A stretch of 64,000 nucleotides of DNA from the human T2T-CHM13v2.0 reference genome, Homo sapiens: the NCBI RefSeq assembly GCF_009914755.1, contig NC_060933.1; one strand, given 5' to 3'. The position numbers and the translations under genes are program-made. Position 1 is the first letter of the stretch. Each line of letters opens with the position of its first letter. A model generated the notes under the pieces. It saw only the letters and a program-made list of their open reading frames with translations. It searched no databases and was not told where the DNA came from. Below, one piece after another: positions 40,975 to 53,289 of the stretch.

Positions 40975-43800
40975 TATTCGGATTAATTCCATTCCATTCC
41001 ATTCCATTCCATTCTATTCCATTCCATTGCAATCGATTTGAATCCATTGCATTTCATTCCATTCCATTCCGGAAGATTCCATTCCATTGCATTCCATTCC
41101 ATTACATTCCCCTGCACTCGCGTTGATTCCATTCCATTCCATTCCATTCCATTCCATTCCGTTCCGTTCAATTCCATTCCATTCCATTCCATTCCATTCC
41201 ATTCCATTCCGTTCCGTTCCATTCCATTCCATTCCATTCTATTCGGGTTAATTCCATTCCATTCCATTCGATTGCAATCGAGTTGATTCCATTCCATTCC
41301 ATTCCATTCCATTCCATTCCTTTCCATTCCATTACGGATGATTCCATTCCATTGCATTCCATTCCATTCCATTCCCCTGTACTCGGGTTGATTCCATTCC
41401 ATTCCATTCCAATCCATGCCATTCCACTCGTGTTGATTCCATTCTTTCCATTCCATTCAAGTTGAATCCATTCCATTGCATTCCATTCCATTCGATTCCA
41501 TTCAATTGCACTCGGGTTGATTCCATTACATTGCATTCCATTCCATTCCATTCCATTCCATTCCATTCCATTCCGTTCCATTCCATTCCATTACATTCGG
41601 ATTGATTCTATTCAATTCCCTTACACTCCATTACATTCCATTCCATTCGGGTAGTTTCCATTCCATTCCATTCCATTCCATTCCTCTCCATTCCATTGCT
41701 CTCGGGTTGATTCCATTCCATTGCATTCCATTCCATTCCATTCAATTCCATTCCGTTCCATTCCATTCCATTACATTCGGATTGATTCTATTCAACTCCC
41801 TTACTCTCCATTACATTCCGTTCCATTCGGGTTGTTCCATTCCATTCCATTCCATTCCACTCCATTCCACTGCACTCGGGTTGATTCCATTGCATTCCAT
41901 TCCATTCCATTCCATTCCGGAAGATTCCATTCCATTGTATTCCATTCCATTCCATTCCCCTGCACTCGCGTTGATTCCATTCCATTCCATTCTATTCCAT
42001 TCCATTCCCTTCCTTTCCGTTCCATTCCATTCCATTCCATTCCATTCCGTTCCGTTCCGTTCCATTCCATTCCTTTCCATTCTATTTGGGTTAATTCCAT
42101 TCTATTCCATTCGATTGCAATCGAGTTGATTCTATTCCATTCCATTCCATTCCATTCCATTCCATTCCTTTCCATTCCATTACGGATGATTCCATTCCAT
42201 TGCATTCCATTCCATTCCATTCCCCTGTACTCGGGTTGACTCCATTCCATTCCATTCCAATCCATGCCATTCCACTCGTGTTGATTCCATTCTTTCCATT
42301 CCATTCAAGTTGAATCCATTCCATTGCATTCCATTCCATTCCATTCCCCTGCAGTCTGGTTGATTCCATTCCATTCCATTCCATTCCATTCCATTCCATT
42401 CCATTCCATTCCGTTCCGTTCCTTTCCATTCAATTCCATTCCATTCTATTCGGGTTAATTCCATTCCATTCCATTCCATTCCATTCCATTCCATTCCATT
42501 CCAATCGAGTTGATTCCATTCCATTCCATTCCATTCCATTCCACTCCATTCCAGTCCTTTCCATTCCATTCCACTCGGGTTGATTCCAATGTATTCCTTT
42601 CCATTCCATTCCATTCCATTGCAATCGAGTTGATTCCATTGCTTTGCATTCCATTCCATTCCATTCCATTCCGGATGACTCCATTCCATTGCATTCCATT
42701 CCATTGCATTCCCCTGCACTCGGGTTGATTCCATTCCATTCCACTCCATTCGGTTGCATTCCATTCCATTCCATTGTATTCGGGTTAATTCCATTCCATT
42801 CCATTCCATTCCATTCCATTCCATTCCATTACAATCGAGTTGATTCCATTCCATTCCATTCCATTCCATTCCAGTCCTTTCCATTCCATTCCACTCGGGT
42901 TGATTCCATTCTATTAGTTTCCATTCCATTCCATTCCCTTCCATTCCACTCTGGTTGATTCCATTCCTTTCCATTCCACTCGAATACATTCCCTCCTATT
43001 CCACTTGGAACGATTCCATTCCATTCCATTCCATTCCATTCCATTCCATTCCATTCCATTTCCTTCCATTCCATTCTATTCCGTACCATTCCATTCCATT
43101 CCATTCCATTCTATTTGGGTTAATTCCATTCCATTCCATTCGATTGCAATCGAGTTGATTCCATTCCATTCCATTCCATTCCATTCCATTCCATTCCATT
43201 CCATTCCTTTCCATTACATTACGGATGATTCCATTCCATTGCATTCCATTCCATTCCATTCCCCTGTACTCGGGTTGATTCCATTCCATTCCATTCCAAT
43301 CCATGCCATTCCATTCGTATTGATTCCATTCTTTCCATTCCATTCAAGTTGAATCCATTCCATTGCATTCCATTACTTTCGATTCCATTCGATTGCACTC
43401 GGGTTGATTCCATTCCATTGTATTCCATTCCATTCCATTCCATTCCATTCCGTTCCATTCCATTCCATTACATTCGGATTGATTCTATTCAATTCCCTTA
43501 CACTCCATTTCATTCCATTCCATTCGGGTAGTTTCCATTCCATTCCTCTCCATTCCATTGCACTCGGGTTGATTCCATTCCATTGCATTCCATTCCATAC
43601 CATTCAATTCCATTCCGTTCCATTCCATTCCATTACATTCGGATTGATTCTATTCAACTCCCTTACTCTCCATTACATTCGATTCTATTCGGGTTGTTCC
43701 ATTCCCTTCCATTCCATTCCATTCCACTCCATTCCATTGCACTCGGGTTGATTCCATTCCATTCCATTCCATTCCAGAAGATTCCATTCCATTGCATTCC
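40975..43800 (+). repeat. Island of domain A dialect inside domain B
   Basis: Return of TTCGGATTAATTCC (also at ~21058), GGAAGATTCC, CAATGTATTCC and GAATACATTCCC. Five register shifts in 2.3 kb. Confidence 0.82.
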
Positions 43801-44539
43801 ATTACATTCCATTCCCCTGCACTCGCTTTGATTCCATTCCATTCCATTCCATTCCATTGCATTCCATTGCATTCCATTGCATTCCATTCCCCTGCACTCA
43901 GGTTGATTCCATTCCATTCCATTCCATTCCATTCCATTCCATTCCATTCCATTCCATTCTATTCGCGTTAATTCCATTCCACTCCATTCCATTACATTCC
44001 ATTGCAATCGACTTGATTCCATTCCATTCCATTCCATTCCATTCAAATCCTTTCCATTCCATTCCACTCGTGTTGATTCCATTTTATTAGTTTCCATTCC
44101 ATTCCATTCCCTTCCATTCCACTCTGGTTGATTCCATTCCTTTCCATTCCACTCGAATTCATTCCCTTCTATTCCACTCGGAATGATTCCATTCCATTCC
44201 GTTCCATTCCATTCCATTCCATTCCATTTCGTTCCATTCCATTTTATTCCGTACCATTCCATTCCATTCCATTCCATTCCATTACATTCCATTCCATTCC
44301 ATTCCATGCCATTCCACTCGGGTTGATTCCATTGCTTTCCATTCCATTTGGGTTGAATCCATTCCATTCCATTCCATTCCATTCCATTAAATTCCATTCC
44401 ATTCCATTCAATTGCACTAGGTTTGACTCCATTCCACTGCATTCCATTCCATTCCATTCCATTCCATTCCATTCCGTTGCACTCGGGTTCATTCCATTCC
44501 ATTCCATTTACTTCCATTCCATTCCATTCCATTCCATTC

Positions 44540-47520
44540 CATGCCATTCCACTCGCGTTGATTCCATTCCCTTCCATTCCATTAGAGTTGAATCCATTCC
44601 ATTCCATTCCATTCCATTCCATTCCATTGCACACGGGTTCATTCCATTCCATTCCATTCCATTCCCTTATATTCCATTTCGTTACATTCCATTCTATTCC
44701 GTACCATTCCATTCCATTCCATTCCATTCCATTCCACTCCATTCCATGCCATTCCACTCGGGTATATTCCATTCCTTTTAATTCCATTCGGGTTGAATCC
44801 ATTCCATTCCATTCCATTCCATTCTATTCCATTACATTGCACTCGGGTTGATTCCATTCCATTCCATTCCATTCCATTTCATTCCATTCCATTCCATTCC
44901 ATTTCATTCTATTCCATTCCATTCCATGCCATTCCACTCGTGTTGATTCCATTCCTTTCCATTCCATTACATTTCATTCCATTCCATTCCATTCCATTTC
45001 ATTCAATTCCATTCCATTCCATGCCATTCCACTCGTGTTGATTCCATTCCTTTCCATTCCATTCGAGTTGAACCCATTCCATTCCATTCCATTCCATTCC
45101 ATTCCATTCCGTTCCATTCCATTGTACGCGGGTTCATTCCATTCCATTCCGTTCCATTCCATTCCATTCCATTCCATTCCATTCCATTACATTCCATTTC
45201 GTTCCATTCCATTCTATTCCATACGATTCCATTGCATTCCATTCCATTCCATTCCTTTCCATTCCATTGAAATCGACTTGATTCCATTCCATTCTGTTCC
45301 ATTCCATTCCATTCCATTCCATTCCGGATGATTCCATTCCACTGCATTTCATTCCATTAAATTCCCCTGCACTTGGGGTGATTCCTTTCCATTCCATTCC
45401 ATTCCATTCCATTCCATTCCATTCCATTCCATTCCATTTCATTGCAATCGAGTTGATTCCATTGCATTCCATTCCATTCCATTCCAGTCCTTTCCATTCC
45501 ATTCCACTCGGGTTGATTCCATTCTATTCCTTTCCATTCCATTCGATTCCATTCCATTCCACTCTGGTTGATACCATTCCTTTTCATTCCACTCGAAAAC
45601 ATTCCCTTCTATTCCACTCGGAATGATTCCATTCCATTCCATTCCATTCCATTCCGTTTCGTTCCATTACATTCTATTCCGTACCATTCCACTCCATTCC
45701 ATTCCATTCCATTCCATGCCATTCCTCTCGGGTTGATTCCATTCCTTTCCATTCCATTCGGGTTGAATGCATTCCATTCCATTCCTTTCCATTCCATTCC
45801 ATTCCATTGCACTCGGGTTGATTCCATTCCATTCCATTCCGTTCCATTCCGGATGACTCCATTCCATTGCATTCCATTCCATTCCATTCCCCTGCACTCG
45901 GTTTCATTACATTCCATTCCATTCACTTCCATTCCATTCCATTCCATTCCATTCCATTCCATTCCATTTCAATCGAGTTGATTCCATTCCATTCCATTCC
46001 ATTACATTCAATTCCGAATGATTTCATTCCATTGCCTTCCATTCCATTCCATTCCCCTGCACTCGGGTTGATTTCATTCCATTCCATTCCATTCCATTCC
46101 ATTCCATTCCATTTCGTTCCATTCCATTCTATTCCGTACCATTCCATTCCATTCCATTCCATTCCATTCCATTCCATTTCCTTCCATTCCATTCCATTCC
46201 ATTCCATTCCATTCAATTCCATTTCCTTCCATTCCATTCCATTCCATTCCATTCCATTCCATTCCATTCCATTCCATTCTATTAGGGTTAATTCCATTCC
46301 ATTCCATTCCATTCCATTCCATTCCATGCCATTCCACTCGGGTTAATTCCATTCCTTTCCATTCCATTCGAGTTGAATCCATTCCATTCCATTTCGTTCC
46401 ATTACATTCTATTCTGTACCATTCCACTCCATTCCATTCCATTCCATTCCATGCCATTCCTCTCGGGTTGATTCCATTCCTTTCCATTCCATTCGGGTTG
46501 AGTCCATTCCATTCCATTCCTTTCCATTCCATTCCATTCCATTGCACTCGGGTTGATTCCATTCCATTCCATTCCGTTCCATTCCGGATGACTCCATTCC
46601 ATTGCATTCCATTCCATTCCATTCCCCTGCACTCGGTTTCATTACATTCCATTCCATTCACTTCCATTCCATTCCATTCCATTCCATTCCATTCCATTCC
46701 ATTCCATTCCATTTCAATCGAGTTGATTCCATTCCATTCCATTCCATTCCATTCAATTCCGAATGATGTCATTCCATTGCCTTCCATTCCATTCCATTCC
46801 CCTGCACTCGGGTTGATTCCATTCCATTCCATTCCATTCCATTCCATTCCATTCCATTCCATTCCATTTCGTTCCATTCCATTCTATTCCGTACCATTCC
46901 ATTCCATTCCATTCCATTCCATTCCATTCCATTCCATTTCCTTCCATTCCATTCCATTCCATTCCATTCCATTCCATTCCATTCCATTCTATTAGGGTTA
47001 ATTCCATTCCATTCCATTCCATTCCATTCCATGCCATTCCACTCGGGTTGATTCCATTCCTTTCCATTCCATTCAAGTTGAATCCATTCCATTCCATTCC
47101 ATTCCATTCCATTCCATTTCACACGGGTTCATTTCATTCCATTCCATTCCATTCCATTTCGTTCCATTCCATTCTATTCCATACCATTCCATTCCATTCC
47201 ATTCCATTAGACTCCATTCCATGCCATTCCACTCGGTTTTATTCCATTCGTTTCCATTCCATTCGGGTTGAATCCATTGCATTCCATTCCATTCGATTCC
47301 ATTACATTGCACTCGTGTTGTTTCCATTCCATTCCATTCCATTCCATTCCATTCCATTCCATGCCATTCCACTAGGTTTGATTTCATTCCATTCCGTTCC
47401 ATTCGAGTCGAACCCATTCCATTCCATTCCATTCCATTCCATTCCATTCCAATCCATTGCACACGGGTTCATTCCATTCCATTCCATTCCATTCCATTCC
47501 ATTCCATTCCATTCCATTCC
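44540..47520 (+). repeat. Diverged paralog of ~31190-34570 (domain B)
   Basis: ORF offsets 31434/44793 and 31676/45035 (13359), then 33438/46402 and 34084/47048 (12964). Shared GGGTATATTCC, CTTGGGGTGATTCC and CATTAGACTCC. Confidence 0.8.
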
Positions 47521-48019
47521 ATTTCGTTCCATTCCATTCTATTCGGTACCATTCCATTCTATTCCATTCGGTACCATTCCATTCCATTCCATTCCAATCC
47601 ATTCCATTCCATGCCATTCCACTTGGGTTGATTCCCTTCCTTTCCATTCCATTCGGGTTGAATCCATTCCATTCCATTCCATTCCATTCCATTCCATTCC
47701 ATTCCATTCCATTCCATTTCTTTCAATTCCATTGCACACGGGTTGGTTCCATTCCATTCCTTTCCGTTCCATTCCGGATGACTCCATTCCATTGCATTCC
47801 ATTCCATTCCATTCCCCTGCACTCGGGTTCATTACCTTCCATTCCATTTACTTCCATTCCATTCCATTCCATTCTATTCGGGTTAACTCCATTCCATTCC
47901 GTTCCATTCCATTCCATTCCATTCCATTCCATTCCATTCCATTGCAATCGAGTTGATTCCATTCCATTCCATTCAATTCCGGATGATTCCATTCCATTGC
48001 CTTCAATTCCATTCCATTC

Positions 48020-50500
48020 CCCTGCACTCGGGTTGATTCCATTCCATTCCATTCCATTCCATTCCATTCCATTCCATTCCATTCCATTTCATTCCATTCC
48101 ATTTCGTTCCTTTCCATTCTATTCCGTACCATTCCATTCCATTCCATTCCATTCCATTCCATTCCATGCCATTCCACTCGGGTTGATTCCATTCCTTTCC
48201 ATTCCATTCGAGTTGAATCCATTCCAATCCATTCCATTCCATTCGATTCCATTCCATTGCACACGGGTTCATTCCATTCCATTCCATTCCATTCCATTCC
48301 ATTCCATTCCATTCCATTTCGTTCCATTCCATTCTATTCCGTACCATTCCATTCCATTCCATTCCATTCCATTCCACTCCACTCCATGCCATTCCACTCG
48401 GGTTTATTCCATTCCTTTCCATTCCATTCGGGTTGAATCCATTCCATTCCATTCCATTCCATTCGATTCCATTACATTGCACTCGGGTTGATTCCATTCC
48501 ATTCCATTCCATTCCATTCCACTCCATTCCATGCCATTCCACGCGGGTTTATTCCATTCCTTTCCATTCCATTCGTGTTGAATCCATTCCATTCCATTCC
48601 ATTCCATTCCATTCCATTACACTGCACTCAGGTTGATTCCATTCCATTCCATTCCATTCCATTTCATTCCATTCCATTCCATTCCATTCCATTCCATTCC
48701 ATTCCATTCCATGCCATTCCACTCGTTTTGATTCCATTCCTTTGCATTCCATTAGTGTTGAACCAATTCCATTCCATTCCATTCCATTGCACACGGGTTC
48801 ATTCCATTCCATTCCATTCCATTCCATTGCATTCCGTTCCATTCCATTCCATTCCATTCCATTCCATTTCATTCCGTTCCATTCTATTCTGTACCATTCC
48901 ATTCCATTCCATTCCACTCCATTCCATGCCATTCCACTCGGGTTTTTTCCATTCCTTTTCATTCCATTTAGGTTGAATCCATTCCATTCCATTCCATTCC
49001 TTTCAATTCCATTATATTGCACACGGGTTGATTCCATTCCATTCCATTCCGTTCCATTCAGGATGACTCCATTCCATTGCATTCCATTCCATTCCATTCC
49101 CCTGCACTCGGGTTCATTACATTCCATTCCATTCCCATCCACTCCATTCCATTCCATTCCATTCCATTTCAATCGAGTTGATTCCATTCCATTCCATTCC
49201 ATTCCATTCAATTCCGGATGATTCCATTCCATTGCCTTCCATTCCACTCCATTCCCCTGCACTCGGGTTGATTCCATTCCATTCCATTCCATTCCATTCC
49301 ATTCCATTCCATTCCATTCCATTTCGTTCCTTTCCATTCTATTCCGTACCATTCCATTCCATTCCATTCCATTCCATTCCATTCCATGCCATTCCACTCG
49401 GGTTGATTCCATTCCTTTCCATTCCATTCGAGTTGAATCCATTCCAATCCATTCCATTCCATTCGATTCCATTCCATTGCACACGGGTTCATTCCATTCC
49501 ATTCCATTCCATTCCATTCCATTCCATTCCATTCCATTTCGTTCCATTCCATTCTATTCCGTACCATTCCATTCCATTCCATTCCATTCCATTCCACTCC
49601 ACTCCATGCCATTCCACTCGGGTTTATTCCATTCCTTTCCATTCCATTCGGGTTGAATCCATTCCATTCCATTCCATTCCATTCGATTCCATTACATTGC
49701 ACTCGGGTTGATTCCATTCCATTCCATTCCATTCCATTCCACTCCATTCCATGCCATTCCACGCGGGTTTATTCCATTCCTTTCCATTCCATTCGTGTTG
49801 AATCCATTCCATTCCATTCCATTCCATTCCATTCCATTACACTGCACTCAGGTTGATTCCATTCCATTCCATTCCATTCCATTTCATTCCATTCCATTCC
49901 ATTCCATTCCATTCCATTCCATTCCATGCCATTCCACTCGTTTTGATTCCATTCCTTTGCATTCCATTAGTGTTGAACCAATTCCATTCCATTCCATTCC
50001 ATTGCACACGGGTTCATTCCATTCCATTCCATTCCATTCCATTGCATTGCGTTCCATTCCATTCCATTCCATTCCATTCCATTCCATTTCATTCCGTTCC
50101 ATTCTATTCTGTACCATTCCATTCCATTCCATTCCACTCCATTCCATGCCATTCCACTCGGGTTTATTCCATTCCTTTTCATTCCATTTGGGTTGAATCC
50201 ATTCCATTCCATTCCATTCCTTTCAATTCCATTATATTGCACACGGGTTGATTCCATTCCATTCCATTCCGTTCCATTCAGGATGACTCCATTCCATTGC
50301 ATTCCATTCCATTCCATTCCCCTGCACTCGGGTTCATTACATTCCATTCCATTCCCATCCACTCCATTCCATTCCATTCCATTCCATTTCAATCGAGTTG
50401 ATTCCATTCCATTCCATTCCATTCCATTCAATTCCGGATGATTCCATTCCATTGCCTTCCATTCCACTCCATTCCCCTGCACTCGGGTTGATTCCATTCC
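48020..50500 (+). repeat. Two tandem near-identical 1,220 bp units
   Basis: ORF offsets 48404/49624, 48433/49653, 48488/49708 and 49117/50337 are all 1220. Private words TTAGTGTTGAACCAATT and ATTATATTGCAC each occur twice. Confidence 0.92.
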
Positions 50501-51990
50501 ATTCCATTCCATTCCATTCCATTTCGTTCCATTCCACTCTATTCCGTACCATTCCATTCCATTCCTTTCCATTCCAATCCATGCTATTCCACTCGGGTTG
50601 ATTCCATTCCTTTCCATTCCATTCGAGTTGAATCCATTCCATTCCATTCCATTCCATTCGATTGCATTCCATTGCACACGGGTTCATTCTATTCCATTCC
50701 ATTCCATTCCATTCCATTCCATTTAGTTCCATTCCATTCTATTCCTTACCATTCCATTCCATTCCATTCCATTCCACTCCATTCCATGCTATTCCTCTCG
50801 GGTTTATTCCATTCCTTTCCATTCCATTCGGATTGAATCCATTCCTATCCATTCAATTCCATTCCACTCGATTCCATTACATTGCACTCGTGTTGTTTCC
50901 ATTCCATTCCATTCCATTCCATTTCATTCTATTCCATTCCTTTCCATTCCATTCCATTCCATTCCATTCCATGCCATTCCACTCGGGTTGATTCCATTCC
51001 TTTCCATTCCATTCGAGTTGAAACCATTCCATTCCATTCCATTCCATTCCATTCCATTCCATTCCAATCCATTGCACACGGGTCCATTCCATTCCATTCC
51101 ATTCCATTCCATTCCATTCCATTTCGTTCCATTCCATTCTATTCCGTACCATTCCATTCCATTCCATTCCATTCCTTTCCATTCCATTCGGGTTGAATCC
51201 ATTCCTTTCCATTCCATTCCGTTCAATTCCATTCCATTGAACTCGGGTTGATTCCATTCCATTCCATGCCATTCCATTTCATTCCGTTCCATTCCATTCC
51301 ATTACATTCGGATTGATTCTTTTCAATTCCTTTACACTCCATTACATTCCATTCCATTCGGGTAGTTTCCGTTCCATTCCATTCCATTCCACTCCATTGC
51401 ATTGCACTCGGGTTGATTGATTCCATTCCATTGCATTCCATTCCATTCCATTCCATTCCGGATGAATCCATTCCATTGCATTCCATTCCATTCCATTCCC
51501 CTGCACTCGGGTTGATTCCATTACATTCCATTCCGTTCCATTCCATTCCATTCCATTCCATTCTGTTCAGGTTAATTCCATTCCATTCCATTCCATTCCA
51601 TTCCATTCCATTCCATTCCATTCCATTGCAATCGAGTTGTTTCCATTGCATTCCATTCCATTCCATTCCATTGCATTCCATTGCATTCCATTCCCCTGCA
51701 CTCAGGTTGATTCCATTCCATTCCATTCCATTCCATTCCATTCCATTCCATTCCGGATGATTCCATTCCATTGCCTTCCATTCCACTCCATTCCCCTGCA
51801 CTCCGGTTGATTCCATTCCATTCCATTCCATTCCATTCCATTCCATTCCATTCCATTCCATTCCATTCCATTTCGTTCCATTCCACTCTATTCCGTACCA
51901 TTCCATTCCATTCCTTTCCATTCCAATCCATGCTATTCCACTCGGGTTGATTCCATTCCTTTCCATTCCATTCGAGTTGAATCCATTCCA

Positions 51991-53289
51991 TTCCTTTCCG
52001 TTCCATTCCATTCCATTCCATTCCATTCCGTTCCGTTCCGTTCCATTCCATTCCTTTCCATTCTATTTGGGTTAATTCCATTCTATTCCATTCGATTGCA
52101 ATCGAGTTGATTCTATTCCATTCCATTCCATTCCATTCCATTCCATTCCTTTCCATTCCATTACGGATGATTCCATTCCATTGCATTCCATTCCATTCCA
52201 TTCCCCTGTACTCGGGTTGACTCCATTCCATTCCATTCCAATCCATGCCATTCCACTCGTGTTGATTCCATTCTTTCCATTCCATTCAAGTTGAATCCAT
52301 TCCATTGCATTCCATTCCATTCCATTCCCCTGCAGTCTGGTTGATTCCATTCCATTCCATTCCATTCCATTCCATTCCATTCCATTCCATTCCGTTCCGT
52401 TCCTTTCCATTCAATTCCATTCCATTCTATTCGGGTTAATTCCATTCCATTCCATTCCATTCCATTCCATTCCATTCCATTCCATTCCATTCCAATCGAG
52501 TTGATTCCATTCCATTCCATTCCATTCCATTCCACTCCATTCCAGTCCTTTCCATTCCATTCCACTCGGGTTGATTCCAATGTATTCCTTTCCATTCCAT
52601 TCCATTCCATTGCAATCGAGTTGATTCCATTGCTTTGCATTCCATTCCATTCCATTCCATTCCGGATGACTCCATTCCATTGCATTCCATTCCATTGCAT
52701 TCCCCTGCACTCGGGTTGATTCCATTCCATTCCACTCCATTCGGTTGCATTCCATTCCATTCCATTGTATTCGGGTTAATTCCATTCCATTCCATTCCAT
52801 TCCATTCCATTCCATTCCATTACAATCGAGTTGATTCCATTCCATTCCATTCCATTCCATTCCAGTCCTTTCCATTCCATTCCACTCGGGTTGATTCCAT
52901 TCTATTAGTTTCCATTCCATTCCATTCCCTTCCATTCCACTCTGGTTGATTCCATTCCTTTCCATTCCACTCGAATACATTCCCTCCTATTCCACTTGGA
53001 ACGATTCCATTCCATTCCATTCCATTCCATTCCATTCCATTCCATTCCATTTCCTTCCATTCCATTCTATTCCGTACCATTCCATTCCATTCCATTCCAT
53101 TCTATTTGGGTTAATTCCATTGCATTCCATTCGATTGCAATCGAGTTGATTCCATTCCATTCCATTCCATTCCATTCCATTCCATTCCATTCCATTCCTT
53201 TCCATTACATTACGGATGATTCCATTCCATTGCATTCCATTCCATTCCATTCCCCTGTACTCGGGTTGATTCCATTCCATTCCATTCCA
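51991..53289 (+). repeat. Near-identical 1.3 kb copy of 42010-43298 (domain A)
   Basis: ORF offsets 42091/52072 (9981) and 42510/52501, 42955/52946 (9991). Shared private variants GCAGTCTGGTTG, TCGGTTGCATT and CACTTGGAACG. Confidence 0.9.

Larger units (their letters stand above)
23050..40975 (+). repeat. HSat3 domain B (register-conserved dialect)
   Basis: Marker words TTGCCTTCAATTCC (first at ~23110), GCACACGGGTTCATTCC, CATGCCATTCCACTCGGG, TTCGAGTTGAA and GAAAACATTCCC. Only three register shifts (~25140, ~25190, ~34912). Confidence 0.8.
30330..53276 (+). repeat. One full 22,947 bp macro-repeat unit
   Basis: Sequence from 30330 recurs from 53277 to the window end. EcoRI landmark at 35530 recurs at 58477 (offset 22947). 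Only the first 10.7 kb of the second copy is visible, so the full unit length is inferred from the offset. Confidence 0.8.
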
